Source: Klebsormidium nitens
Lineage: Eukaryota > Plantae > Klebsormidiophyceae
Direction of reading: 5' to 3'
Assembly: GCA_000708835.1 (NCBI GenBank)
Contig: DF237347.1
Span: forward strand, 1 to 64,000
Length of the DNA stretch: 64,000 bases
Of this stretch, positions 1 to 12,038 are shown piece by piece (position 1 is the first letter of the stretch; each line of letters opens with the position of its first letter). The position numbers and the translations under genes were made by a program. Below the pieces are notes generated by a model. That model worked only from the letters and a program-made list of their open reading frames with translations, did no database searches and was not told where the DNA came from.

Positions 1-1
1 A

Positions 2-703
2 GCTCTGAATGAATCAGAGAGCAGGCACCTTGAGCTTCGAAGCCAGTGTGCTCAACACATTGCCACACATTGGGACCGCCACTCTACCCAAGCCAACTAT
101 ATATATAGACTGCCTGACGAGCCCCCGAAAAAAGTCACCGGCCAGGAAGGCAAACACCAACACCAGCACCCAAGCAAAAGAAGAAAGACCAACACGCCCC
201 GCCGCTTTGCCTCGGCGGCTGAGTATCTTCACTGGATGCAGACCCCAGACCTGGTATGGGGTTCTGACTTGGAAGCACTCGCGGCTGCCAAACTACGAGA
301 CAGACCTCTCCTCATCTGGACAAACACAACTAGAAAACATGGCGAGCTCTTAAATTTCACCGCTCAATCAGTCAAGCAGGGAGCAATTCACCTCCTTTTC
401 TCAGGCAATCACTATGATGCACTCCGCAGTGACCCGGAATTAAACATCTGGAACTCACCACCACTCTCTTCACTCACCAGCCAAGCCGCCAACAGCAGCC
501 AATTCTACTGTCCCAAGATGAGGGAACTGCACCGGCCACTACTCCTCATGTTGCCCAGGCCATCGAGCCTCCTCCCCAAACCCTCCGGCACCCCAGTCAC
601 CACAATCCTGACTTGCCGCCGCCCCCAGCAGCGGGTAGACCAGATCTGCCTGGGCATACAAACCACAGGTCAAAGAAACGATGCCGTGATCTCCCCGCGG
701 TGA
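2..703 (+). CDS. OTU-like cysteine protease domain, 5'-truncated by the window edge; probably part of a mobile element ORF
   Basis: The frame of track ORF 236..703 stays open back to position 2 in my translation: ALNESESRHLELRSQCAQHIATHW...RRFASAAEYLHWMQTPDLVWGSDLEALAAAKLRDRPLLIWTN...IHLLFSGNHYDALRS. This matches the OTU pattern (H.ELR; Y...M....WG..LE..A; IHL.Y/F..HYD.L). The catalytic Cys motif would lie upstream of the window. No introns; strongly C/A-rich strand. Confidence 0.75.
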   Translation, partial: ALNESESRHLELRSQCAQHIATHWDRHSTQANYIYRLPDEPPKKVTGQEGKHQHQHPSKRRKTNTPRRFASAAEYLHWMQTPDLVWGSDLEALAAAKLRDRPLLIWTNTTRKHGELLNFTAQSVKQGAIHLLFSGNHYDALRSDPELNIWNSPPLSSLTSQAANSSQFYCPKMRELHRPLLLMLPRPSSLLPKPSGTPVTTILTCRRPQQRVDQICLGIQTTGQRNDAVISPR

Positions 704-1334
704 TCCAGCACAGCCATTGCAATGCCAAACCCCAAACTCAACCGAAGAAAGAGGAGGTCACTGCTAACACCACGGCTGACATGTGCACCTGCCACCTGAA
801 GCGGAAGCGAGACAACCTACCACTACTTTTTGAAGACTGTACATGTCAAAGACCAACCAATAAGCTTAAAAGAGCAGCCACCCAACATCCCTTTGATGGA
901 GGAACTAGTTGCAAGCCCAAACGCCCCAGGCGCCCACCAGCGCATTTGATCTCAGACTTCTTTCTCCCCAGCAATGTGGGCTTTGATCCAGGAGGATCTC
1001 AGCCAAGAGCAAGCCTCACCCACCTGATCCGCCCTCCCGCCCCTTTTTCTGTCACCACCCAGCTGTCTGCACAGGACCCAATGCTGCGCCCTGTGCGCTC
1101 TGAGCAAGCAAAGCTCACTAAAGATTACACTGACACTGACAGTGACAGTGCTCTGCCAGTGCCAATGCCAGCTCAGGCAGGAGGAAGCCGAGGCCTCAGC
1201 TGGTCGCATAAACGGCCACGCTCAAGAAATACACTTATACCCCCACGCTTGAGACCGATCTAACTGACCATACACTCTACCGGAAATGAAGCGACAAAAG
1301 CTCTCCAATTCGCGGTTTACGCGTATAGCAGTCC

Positions 1335-1425
1335 CGATGCTCCACCTGATGAGCTCGGTGTGCTCAGAATATACCACAAAAAAAAAAAAAAATTGAGAAA
1401 CCGCGGAACGCGGTTTTGGAGCTCG
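1335..1425 (+). ncRNA. Type I hammerhead-ribozyme-like motif, possibly degenerate
   Basis: CTGATGA core at 1346-1352 and GAAA at 1397-1400. Stem III is CCGCG-gaa-CGCGG (1401-1413), followed by T1414/T1415 (U16.1/H17). Stem I pairs GCTCCA (1339-1344) with TGGAGC (1417-1422), extended by CGA/TCG. Stem II is poorly formed (G10.1 opposite A) and its loop holds an A15 run (1378-1392). Confidence 0.55.
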
Positions 1426-2059
1426 TTTATAGGTATACATAGTGCAATATATGCAATTTAGGGACCCTATATGCGGGTAGAGATTAAAATTATGAATAGC
1501 TACCTGGAAGGTCGTAAACTTACAGGGTTTACCGTTCTGTAGATTCATGGCAAGTCGATTTCAAGGTACCCGGCCGCTTATAGTAGAAGCTATTAATAGA
1601 TTAAAATAATTTGTTAGTGCCCATGCAACTGGGGGGCTGTTTTCCCGCGCCGGGCAGAATTACCCCCTGGCACTTAGCGCCTGCAGAATTCGGGCAGAAT
1701 TCTTGATTGTCGGCGGTCGCTATGGCCGCCCCCCAAGCCGTCGATGGAAAGCAGCTACAAATCTGACGGCGAATCACATTTCCTGCTTTCAATCGGCAGG
1801 TCCCGTCCGATGGCCCCAACCATTCCTGGCCTTCCACTGATCTTAGGTGTATTTTGCGCGCGCGCGTGAAACCCCGACCACAGCCTGAATTATGCGGGCT
1901 GAAATTGCCCCCTAAAGTTAAAAACGTGACCGGGAGTCCATACATGAACGTGCGTTCTTGGCCGCAATATCAGGGACCTACCGATCACTCTTTCTGCATG
2001 GGAAAAGAAATACGGTCTAAAAGTACGGGCCCAGATTGCCCGACATGCACACAGCATAC

Positions 2060-2390
2060 AGCATTTTCAGGGCAGGCTTCCCGGTTGCGATCGATAGATA
2101 GGGTCTATTTAGATACTAAATTTTAGCTAAACTTTAGCTATTGCTTTGACGTCATCGAACATCTTTCCGCAGTAGCAGCCGCCAAGATAGAGCAGGGGTG
2201 ATCATCGAGCCGTAGAACCACCGGACAGGTTCCATCGGACGCGCTAGATTCTTCCACGTGTCACAGCCACTCTCTTAGATGACGTCAATTAATCTGGTGA
2301 CGTGACTAAACTTACACTAAACTTACCTAATTTTAGGCTAAATACACCCTATCTATCGAACGCAACCGGGAAGCATGCCCTGAAAATGCT
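2060..2390. mobile_element. MITE-like fold-back element with 53-bp terminal inverted repeats
   Basis: 2060-2112 versus the reverse complement of 2338-2390 gives 50/53 identity by manual alignment. Internal TGACGTCA motifs lie near both arms. TSD not clearly resolved (AGCATA occurs at 2053-2058 and 2391-2396). Confidence 0.7.
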
Positions 2391-2945
2391 AGCATAATGT
2401 TCAACCTGGAAAGCGTTTTGTCGTCCAACTGGCCAGAAAAAAAAGGTTTGGCGGCACTAAACGACAAAAAAAAATTGCCCCATCGAACAGAGACGCGTAA
2501 AAATTTGATACCCCAGCTCACGGCTCCTGTGAAGACGACGGATAAAACTTTTTTTTGCCCCATCTGCAAGTCCGGTGGTCAATCCGACAGCTTCGTTATA
2601 GCTAAAGCTATAAACTCGCTAAAAAAGCGTCCTTCACGCATGCTCTGCTATTCTCAAAATCGGGCGATCTGCCTGATACTACTGGTACCAATTGCGTTAC
2701 AAGCCACCGTCTCGAGAAACGGCTAGGGATCAGGCAGATAAATTGAGCGGTCAACAAGGTGAGCTTGCAGTCGTAGCTGAGCTGCCACGACATGCAAGAT
2801 CATTCGTCTGAGAGCCATGCTTTGCTTCCTTCCATTGGGGCATGCGCCTTTCGTCCTCTCTTGGGCCAACCGTTGAATGTTTTCCCTCCACAGTACCAAT
2901 TAGGATCACTGGCCATAGTGCTGGTGGCATTGTCATGCGGAAAAT

Positions 2946-5900
2946 ATGATGGCGTCCAAAGAAGAACAAGTCGAGCTGTTGCCTCATTTGAGCAGACAAG
3001 ATGATGAAGCGGAGCCACCGGGCAGCTGGAACACCAGCCATGAAAAAGCTCCAGCGAACCGTATTGATCCTTCACTGGTCGGAAGCGAACCTGAAGATGG
3101 GGAGCTGGAGGAAAGGACTATATGGCTGGTGGCACGCCATATGTACTGCAGCCACTTTTTGTCAAGATGGGGCGACAGGTAAGCGCTCTCCCTGTTTGGG
3201 ATGGTGACATCGAAGTCGTTTGCTGTCCTCAGCATTTAATAGCATCATATCACCCGGCTTCTACCTAAGCTCATCTCACATCAAGAGTGTACAATGCAGT
3301 AACGGACTCAACGGCTGCGCTCATTTCTTCCTTCACTTGATAGGCCTTAGACATGTCGTCTGCATCATGCTATCTTCCCTGCCACTTCGATTATGTGCTT
3401 GACTGTTTCTCTGTCCTGGCAATAATCAATTCTGGAAAGCATCTTTCCTAAAACTTCTGACGTTCAAATACACTCAGTAAAGTGCATCCTGCTCAAGTGT
3501 CCTATCCTCCATGCAGGATGTGGGAGTTTGCGGTTGCCCTCTTCATGATCAGAATATGGAAGGACTCCCTAATCCTGACGGCCCTGTATGGCCTCGTGGA
3601 AGCAAGCTCCGTGGCTGTCTTTGGGGTCTTTGTTGGCAAGTGGGTTGACCGCAATCCACGCATGAAGGTACTTACATCACTTGGATTCATGAAAGCCTCA
3701 TTCCGCCCTGCTTTTCTCCTTTAATCACAACTTATCTGCGGCTTTTTCATAAAGTTGTGAGTTTGTGACATGGGAACTGTGACTTGGAGAATCAGTTCAT
3801 GTGTTTTCGGCAGATCTGCAGTGCATGAGAGTATTTGATTGAGCGAATCTTCCCGCCATATGGAGATCATTGGGCCGAGGAAGTAACTGACGACTGATGA
3901 CGACATACTAGAGTCTGGTGGGTTCTGGGAGACTTTATACACAACACCTTTCCCTTGCAGGTGGTGCGGCTCTCTATTGCTATCCAGAACGCATCCATGA
4001 TAGGTGCAGCAGTTGGCGTCATCTTGCTCTTGCTGGAATCTGCACCGCAGGGCCCTGCTTTTATCTCTCTAGTGTTCCTGGTCAATCTTCTGGGAGGGGT
4101 GCAGGCCCTTGCAGGGCTCGCAAACAACATCGCAGTCGAGCGGGACTGGTAAGTGATACAGCTTTTCTCAATCTGCTAACCCCACTCATTCAGCTCGGGT
4201 GCCATTTTGTGACTCAGTTCATCTTCTGCTGAACGTTGACGCCTACTGTGGCCAATTCTATGTTCAGACAGAGAACTTGATGTGTACTCTGCTCAAGGAC
4301 TTGTCTAAATCCTGAGTCGTCCTGAGTCGCAGAGGTTTGCGTTGAAGTGCCACTCATTGCTTGCTGCACAAAGTCATCAGCCACAACCTGACGCTTGCAT
4401 CTTCTGAACAAGCTTCTAATATACTTGAGACTAGCCTTTGGATAGTGCCGCGGCAATCTGCCCTGCATAGAAGAAAGGAAGCGTTTCAGAGAAATCAAGC
4501 CGAGGAACATGCATGAGAGATAGCCAATGTATGTTAATCTCTAAGCAATCCTGTCCCGGCTCCTCTCAGGGTAGTGGTGGTGAGCAGCCAAGCGGTCCCT
4601 TCCATGCGGGGCACCGTCCTCTCCTCTCTCAACTCGACTATGCGCCGCATCGATCTCAGCTGCAAGTTGCTGGCTCCCGTCGCGGCCGGTCTCCTCATGA
4701 GCCTCAAGTCCACCATCTCGGCAGCCGTGTTCATCGCCGTTTGGAATGCTCTCTCAACGTTTGGAGAGTACTACTTCTTGCACATTGTCTACCAAAAGGT
4801 GCCGGCACTGTCAGAGAAAGCGGTCCTGAGTTCCGAGCGAACTTCTTCTGCCCTAGAGCCCGATTCTGAAGCAGGGGATCTCGAAGAGGAAGCGCCGGAT
4901 AGTGAAGCGGGTCTTTCGAGACTGAGGGGGGAGTCACGGGCACGGTGGTTAGAGGTGGTTAGAAGCGGACTAAGTGACATATTGACGCCGCTGCGGAGCT
5001 TTGCGAGCGGATGGCGCCTGTACGCAAAGCAGGAGACAGCGCTGGCAGGGGTCGCGCTGGCGCTGCTCTACTTCACCGTTCTTAGGTGAGGAGACACCCA
5101 AGATACGGTCAGAAACCACTGCTTGCCTTTATATGGTGTACAAGCTTTCTTACTTTACAGGCGTGGATTGTGTTCGCAGAGATTGTGACTGCTTCTTTGA
5201 GGCCCCCGAATCTACCCGTCAGAGTTTTCTTCTTGCAAGTCGAGACACCATCCTTAAGGGGTATGTGAAATTTTAAAGCTGTTCTGCTCACGCCTTATCG
5301 TGCTGAACTGATTGAAGAATCTATTATATCAGCTGTTTTCCGGACAACAAGCAAAGTTAGCGTTGAAGCTCTCAACCTGGGGCCACTCAGCCGGGGTGCT
5401 CGACTTTTCGTCACTTAGCGTCAGATAGCCGACGATACTGTACCTAGCAATACAGGAAGCACGGGCTCTTCCGACCCACTCCAGACACCGACGCACAAAC
5501 ATCGTCAATACTCCTGAAAGAGAATGGCAGACGTACTGTTTGAAGGCCCCTCTCTTCGTAATGTTCCAATGTCCCCAAGATTGGAAACCGGTTCGTCCTT
5601 CTCTCATCTCTCCACCTTTCGTCGCCTCCCAATCCTGTGAATTTACTCGTCGTAACGTCAGCTTTCTGTCATACCTATATCAGTTTTCCGTGCCCCGCAG
5701 CTTCGGCTCCATGATGACGGCGGTGCTGAGCTGGCGCGGCATCTCTCCCTTCACGCTGGGCCTTGCTCGCGCCGTGGCGGCCCTGGTTGGGATAGTAGCA
5801 ACAGTGTGCTACCCAGTGTGGCATCGGCGGGTACAGGGCCTCCGGACCGGGCTGCGCGCTATCTGGTTGCAGGTGGGTTCGACGGCTTTTGCGTCCTTCG

Positions 5901-7820
5901 ATTCGTTCTTTTTAAAGTCCGTGTAAGAGAGGTTAGATGCTGCAGGATGATGGTTGTTGGACGCAAGACACCGATTTGATGGCAAGAGAAGGGCGGAACC
6001 GTTTTGCGTCAACTGTGTGGATTTTGTTGGAGAGAGGCGAGTAGGATTCGTGAAAACGGAAAGTCGAGGACGTAAGACCATCAACGTAGCTTTGACAAGA
6101 AAGCTGCTATAGCTCTCAAGGGTGCAGATGAGGCAGCACGTCACCTCCTGAGACGGCTTCAAAACACCGCAGCATGAATGTTGTTTCATCGATAATCAAA
6201 CTACTGAGCGACAAAACCGTCATCGTCATTCTACCGAGAGGAGTCAACTTCCACGGAGGCATTTCAGGCTTTCTTGTCGTCACCTGGTGAGGAGAAGACA
6301 CCACGCCTGATTGGGTAGCAGAAAAACCTGCCGAACCACGGTTTACCTAGCTCTGTCCGTCTGCAGTGGACGTTCCTTCTGCCTTGCCTGGTCGCGATTT
6401 GGGTTGCGAACCAGACGCTCTCGTCCTGGCTGCTCATCGCTGGCGTCACATGCTCCCGCCTCGGGCTGTGGCTCTTCGACCTTTCCGTCACGCAGCTCAT
6501 GCAGGTACGGGACGTCGTTCCGTTGCGATTCCCTAGGCTCGAAACGTGAGAGAAGTGACATTAATCCGGAAGACGGTCCGGGGTCTGTTCGATCGGTGTG
6601 CATGACCAAGCATGCAGCGTCCAAGCGCAAAGAGTTTTTGTCTCATTCGCGTCCGAAGGCCCTCGGCAGCCAGTCAGATCGACGAAAAAGCTCAAGTCGT
6701 CGCCTAGACATTGCAAGGAGACATTCAACGGAAGAAGTTGACGACATAACCCGTCGGTTTGTGAGTGAACTTAGTTGTCAATTGAGCTCTTGTCGTGGTG
6801 CCTGCTTGTGAGAGCCTAGTCTGGGGGATCTCGTTCAAAGGAGCAAGGTTGTGATCAGCCGAGTTACCAGCCGTTGACCGCGAATTACGCGCAAACCAAT
6901 ACTTAAGGGTTTGTCCCAAACGGCGGTGTTCAAAGACCGTCCTCGATAGAACTTGTACTCATATGCAACCATTTTTACCGTTTGATCCGGCCTGTAATGG
7001 CTTCCGCGCCTGTCACGCTTGGCGCCGCTTTGACGGATCTTACATGATCGGAGTCCAGATTGCTTTTCCAATCCGGCGTGCCATCTCACGAGGCAGCCTC
7101 TTCGAATTCCAATCATTTCGAAGGATCCCACCAGGTCGAGGCCTGACTTTCGAGAGCGTACGCTTTCCGTCACTCCCGCTTATCTGCGCTGCCACCCCTG
7201 CAGGAGTCGATCCCCGAGTGTGACCGGGGAGTCGTGGGCGGCGTCCAGAGCTCCCTGCAAGAGATCATGAGCACTGCCTCCTACCTGGCCGGGATCCTGA
7301 TCAGCCACCCCCGAGTAAGAAAGAACGTCGACTGGCTACCGAAATCGTGCCTCCTGCCGTTTATCATTTGTGTCTTGCGGTCTCAGTTGTATCGAGTCCC
7401 GTTATGGGCCCCCCTTACTCAGCATACGGCCTCTTCATCTGCTGCGCAGCGCTCGTGCCCTGGCTGTCGTCTTGTTGTGCTTTTTGTGCGCGAAGTTGAC
7501 GGTACGAGCGTGCCTCTGCTTCCCGCGAAGTCGTCCTCCTTCTGGGGTCAAAGCTCTCCAACCTGTGCACAGCTCTGACTTCTAAAATCCCTGTTGTCCA
7601 GGATTTTGGCATCCTGATCGCCGTCTCCTTCTTCATGGTGTCCTCCGCCGCCGTTTTGTACACTGTCTTCTGCCGGCGCACCCGGGGCCACCTTTTCCAC
7701 CTAGAAAAGCTCAAGATACCCCTGCCCATCTTCCACGGGGACTCGCAGTCAGAGACGCCTGTTGGGGGCGAGATGCTGAGGCTGCGCACAAGTAGTAGCT
7801 TATCTTCGCCAGCGGCTTAG
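2946..7820 (+). CDS. FPN: Ferroportin / IREG iron exporter (SLC40A1 family), 8 exons
   Basis: Exons 2946-3178, 3517-3667, 3961-4148, 4570-5085, 5701-5872, 6367-6504, 7204-7314, 7602-7820 with GT-AG borders and consistent phase. Family motifs: HFLSRWGDRMWEFAVALFM, VERDWV, LNSTMRRIDLSCKLLAP, ALLYFTVLSFG, SRLGLWLFDLSVTQLMQE, GVVGGVQSSLQ, HLFHLEK. Confidence 0.95.
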
Positions 7821-8173
7821 AACAACAGAGTGAGAAGAGTTTAAGAGGACGATTAGTCGAGTCTGGTGGGGTCCCACCCGGGAACTTAGAACGGCAGGTC
7901 CAGCCTGTTGCAAGCGGCAGCTTATGCTGGATCCGGTTAATTAAGATACCCCTGCCCATCTTCCACGGGGACTCGCAGTCAGAGACGCCTGTTGGGGGCG
8001 AGATGCTGAGGCTGCGCACAAGTAGTAGCTTAACTTCACCAGCGGCTTAGGTTTTAACAGCGGGACGCAATTAAGAGGACAAATAGTCGAGTCTGGTGGG
8101 GTCCAACCGAGAACTTAGAACGGCAGGTCCAGCCTGTTGCAAGCGGCAGCTTATGCTGGATCCGGTCATTTAA
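7713..8173 (+). repeat. Tandem duplication (~230 bp x2) of the FPN C-terminal coding sequence and 3' UTR
   Basis: 7713-7942 is repeated at 7943-8173. The first ~87 nt (aagatacccctg...gtagtagctta) are identical and scattered differences follow the stop codon. Confidence 0.9.
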
Positions 8174-9052
8174 GAGGCACAGGCGCGAGATGATTACCTG
8201 TAGAGAGTACTAGCCGCTCGCTGTTGCATATAAAGCTGTTGGGTGATATGCAATGCATTGTTGGAGACATTAAGGCTGGCTGGGCCCACATTCACTGAAG
8301 CGGATCGTAATTGTCATATCCCAACTGAGGCGTCTCAATGCAGAACTGGCCTTCCGCTATTACGGCGTTTTCAACCTTGTCCGCACGTTGTGCGTCCGGA
8401 CACTCAGGTGCTTTTCGGAATTAAGGGTATGATGCAACGTGTCGGACTCACTGGCTATGAGTAACTGCCCTGGCAGGAAATAATGGGATTATGCAGCACA
8501 TGCAGAATCGGGGTAAGCTAGACGTACATATCTCAGCGACGGGCCATTGAAAGCGCCACGCTTCTTAGATCGAAGCATATGTTACCGCGGCTGGCCGGTC
8601 CATTATGATGTTATGAGTCACATAATCGATTGCTGCACGTCGTTGCATGCCATATGCCAATAAAGTCGCCGAAAAACTTTCTAACCTATTGCATCTAGAC
8701 TCCTGCACTTACGTTGGTGAGATCGCGGGTCTGCGGCCGATGCATGATCAATTATAGAGCTTGTGTCCGATGCGTTGCAAGATTGTCCCAACCAAGTTGA
8801 CAGATATACAGGCTAGCTGCGCTGTATGTGGCGCGCGTTGCGAATTGGTATACAGTGCTATCCAAAAGCTTTGACTGAATCCCTTGGAGTCTTTCTCTTG
8901 AATTAAGCAGAATGAAGAGGCTGTATGCAGATGCATTCCCGGCGCCGATCGGACGCGAAACGCAGTTGATTGCACGAACAGCTGGCACGCTTCCAGAGTC
9001 TCAGCAACCTCATTGCTGTAAATGGACGCTCTGTGGCAACACTTTGTCAGCT

Positions 9053-10949
9053 TCATGCCGGCTTCAGCTTCTTTGCGACCTCCTCGAGGCTCTGCAGCTG
9101 CTCTACGGTCAAGCCATCCCACAAGTCGTCCGTCCGGAACCTCTTCTTGACTGCCTGCTTGACCTTCTCACGGATTTTGCTGACGTCGTATCCATGCTCC
9201 TGTGACAGCCACTCGAGCCACGAGGACGCGGATGGCGCCGTCACGAGCAACTGTTCTGAGATGGCTGAGCACAGGGTAGGCAAGCCGCAAGCTTCACCCA
9301 GAGAGAACAGGTCCTGACGAGGACAATGAGAGAGGAGTTGATACAAAATTCTGGGTTTCTCTTTCCCGGAAGCCCTCTCTCATCTCGTAATAATGACGTC
9401 TCGATGTTTGCATCTCATAAAATATCGTGCCCTGCTTTGTGGGCCCATTGATGTTGTCGAGTGCAAATGTAGCGCATGTGACGGAACAAAGAATTGTGCG
9501 TATGCAGACAGAGACATTTCAAGTACTTGGATCAAAATGTCATGTTGACTTCTTCACGAGACTTTGAACCGAACTCTTCCCAAACGCCAGCTTGCGAATG
9601 GAGAACAGAGGCTTTGAACGTGAGGAATGTTCCTGATTGACCCTTTTTCTAGGATCTCTTAACAGATGAAACAAAGACTAATCGTGGAAGTAGGAAATAC
9701 TGAGTCCAACGTTTGGTGGATAAGAAAAATTTCCGGCCTCAGACTGGCTCTAGCCTGCAGTAACCTTCGTTTTGCAAACACGTCTAGCAGAGAGTACTAG
9801 ACCCAAATATAGAAATTAGACAGTACAGGACTTTTTTTTGGCAACCCCTTCTGACCTGTGAAAGGTCTGCCTACCTGTAGTATCGTGGCGTCAGATGACT
9901 CGAGCTGCGTCAAAGACCAGACGTCTCCAAATGCATATTTGAGGAAAGCCTGAATTACTTCTTTGTTCACCGCGCAGGGAAGATGGAGGTCCAGCTTCTT
10001 GTTGAGGTTCCAACCGGGTCCTGACCAGTCTTCTTTCAGCTTTGCTTCGAAGTAGGGAAAGCTGGCCAGAACGGCAGAATGCGCCGGGACTTTTGCACCT
10101 TCCTGCCAAAGAACGCAGATTGCCTGAAAAGTGGAATCTTGGAAGCTCAACCAACCCCTGCGCTGATCGGCACAAAATGAGCTGTAGTTTCGTCACAAGT
10201 CAAGTCACGCTCACGCCATTGCTCTACATGAAGCACTTTCACCAAGCCGTTGACCAATGCCGGACTGCAGTGCTCCAAAGAACCCCAAAAGGGACCCCAA
10301 AAGGGGGGCCAAGCTTCTTCTCCTGCCGCGACCTTACGAGGACCTTACCTTGCAGATTAGATTCAGGTCGCCAGTTATCTCTGCATTCTCAAGTAAGGAA
10401 GTTTTCAATGCCTGACTCTCATTGAAAGCTTGCCAAACTGCTGAGCGATGTCTACCGTCAGGGAACCCGTGAACTTGATTCCCACTTCCAAGATGCAAGA
10501 TATCAGACAGCAGACTTTCCAGCCACCATGACGACCAACCGCCACCTTTCCTTGACGACTCTGTGCAGAAACCGAGTCCAAGGTGCTCTCGATGTTTGCG
10601 CAATTTTCGTAAGTCACCCAGAACCCCTGATCGTTGTCCCGGCAAGTTAAGATCCCCAAAATTGCCGCTAATTCATGCGGCGCAGGCCTTGGAGAGGAGA
10701 GCTTAAATTTCCGAAACAGTCCTCTGGACCCAGGCAGCGCCACTTGTAGAAAGAGGTGAAAGCATGCTCTGGTGCGTGGCCATCGTTATTGCCGACTCCA
10801 ACAGCGCTTGTTCCTGGACCTGTGGCGAGTTTAAGCTCCATGGAAACGTCCAGTTTGTAAGCCTCCAATTCTAGGCTCTCTGCCATTGCCACCGCAGCCT
10901 GCTCCAGCTCCGCCATCTTCGAGACCTTCCGGCCAAGCCTCGGACGCAC
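9053..10949 (-). pseudogene. BTB/POZ-domain gene copy 1, with apparent frameshifts in the 5' exon
   Basis: Exons 10123-9875 (VLWQEGAKVPAHSAVLASFPYFEAKLKEDW, BTB) and 9313-9053 are clean and homologous to the 41.9-39.9 kb copy. The 5' exon ends at donor 10349, but its plausible coding signal is spread over three frames (track ORFs ending 10668, 10405, 10334), and the frame reaching the donor has no ATG. Confidence 0.65.
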
Positions 10950-11937
10950 TCTGTTCCCAGCTCCGGCCGAACTCCTGCGGGGCGTAGGCGGCCGCGCCTT
11001 CCACTGAGCAGGCGTACGAAGGGTTAAGTGCTGGCGCGGTTTGGCGGGTCACGGCCGGGGCCCGGCGCGCGCGCGGGCTTAGCTGCTGCACACGGAAGTT
11101 CTGACTGGATATTCAGATTATAGCATAATTCTTTCCGAAAAAATTATGCTTCTTCTTGAAGAATGCGGCGGAGCAACCGTTTATAGGGCTGAATCGTCTT
11201 CAGCACGCTTTTCCGGCCTCTGGTACCAAAACACGGCCGCAGTCGCACGCACGCAAGCACGGTGCATAACCCGTGCATAAAGTCGGCAATGAGGAGTGAC
11301 CACTGGCAACTTGAAATTACGAGGTAATCCGCTAAAGCATACCAGATGGTGAAAAATGTCTCGGTTTTGCGGTTCGATTTCCTTTAAAACGACTGCAAGT
11401 TGCAGAACGACGGGAAGGAGATAAAGACTCGTAGCAAATGTCACGGCAGATCATGGTGACTGCATCCCGGCCACGCTGGAAAGAATAATATATGAACCGT
11501 GTTGGGGGATGATGATAATACTGCGTCGCAAGAAGGCGGAGGCTGTTTAGTCGTGTACTCGTCTTGAGCTGCTCGTCATTCTGAAATTTCGTTGCACCAT
11601 GAAATCATAGCCCCGCGCTTTTGGCGGGCACGCGCCTGGTACGGTCACTTAAGGAAAGAGGGCCGCCTCAGCTTTCCGGAGTCGTGCATGCCTTATCTGA
11701 GGTGGCTCAACAGTCCTTGACATTCATATGTATAAGTAAGGCCTTGTCTTTTCTAGCCATGTATCGGCCGCAATTTAACCTCACGTCTCGATGTTCTCGA
11801 TAGGATATGACAAGTAGGGCTGCCAATATTAGGTCCCTAATTCGCGATGTCCTGATCCCATTTGGCAGGCCATTGGGTGCTCTAGCTATGAGTTCGGTTA
11901 AGCTCGTAAATCCAAAAAGGTGATCATCCTCACAGGG

Positions 11938-12038
11938 TGTCGGCGGCCAGTTTCGAACCCGCGACCAAGTACCCCAGTCGCGATTTGCGTTCGACGACCA
12001 GCATGCTGAGTCATGAGGGGGTTTGTTGCTACACCGAC
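11938..12038 (-). ncRNA. tRNA-like element copy 1 (acceptor stem and T-arm intact; atypical D/anticodon region)
   Basis: 5' GTCGGTG-TA-GC...; 3' GGTC-GCGGG-TTCGAAA-CTGGC-CGCCGAC-A; T5 run downstream at 11914-11918. Confidence 0.6.

Noticed and set aside
11121-11150. Hairpin AGCATAATT...AATTATGCT upstream of BTB copy 1
   Set aside because: Short AT-rich stem, within chance expectation.
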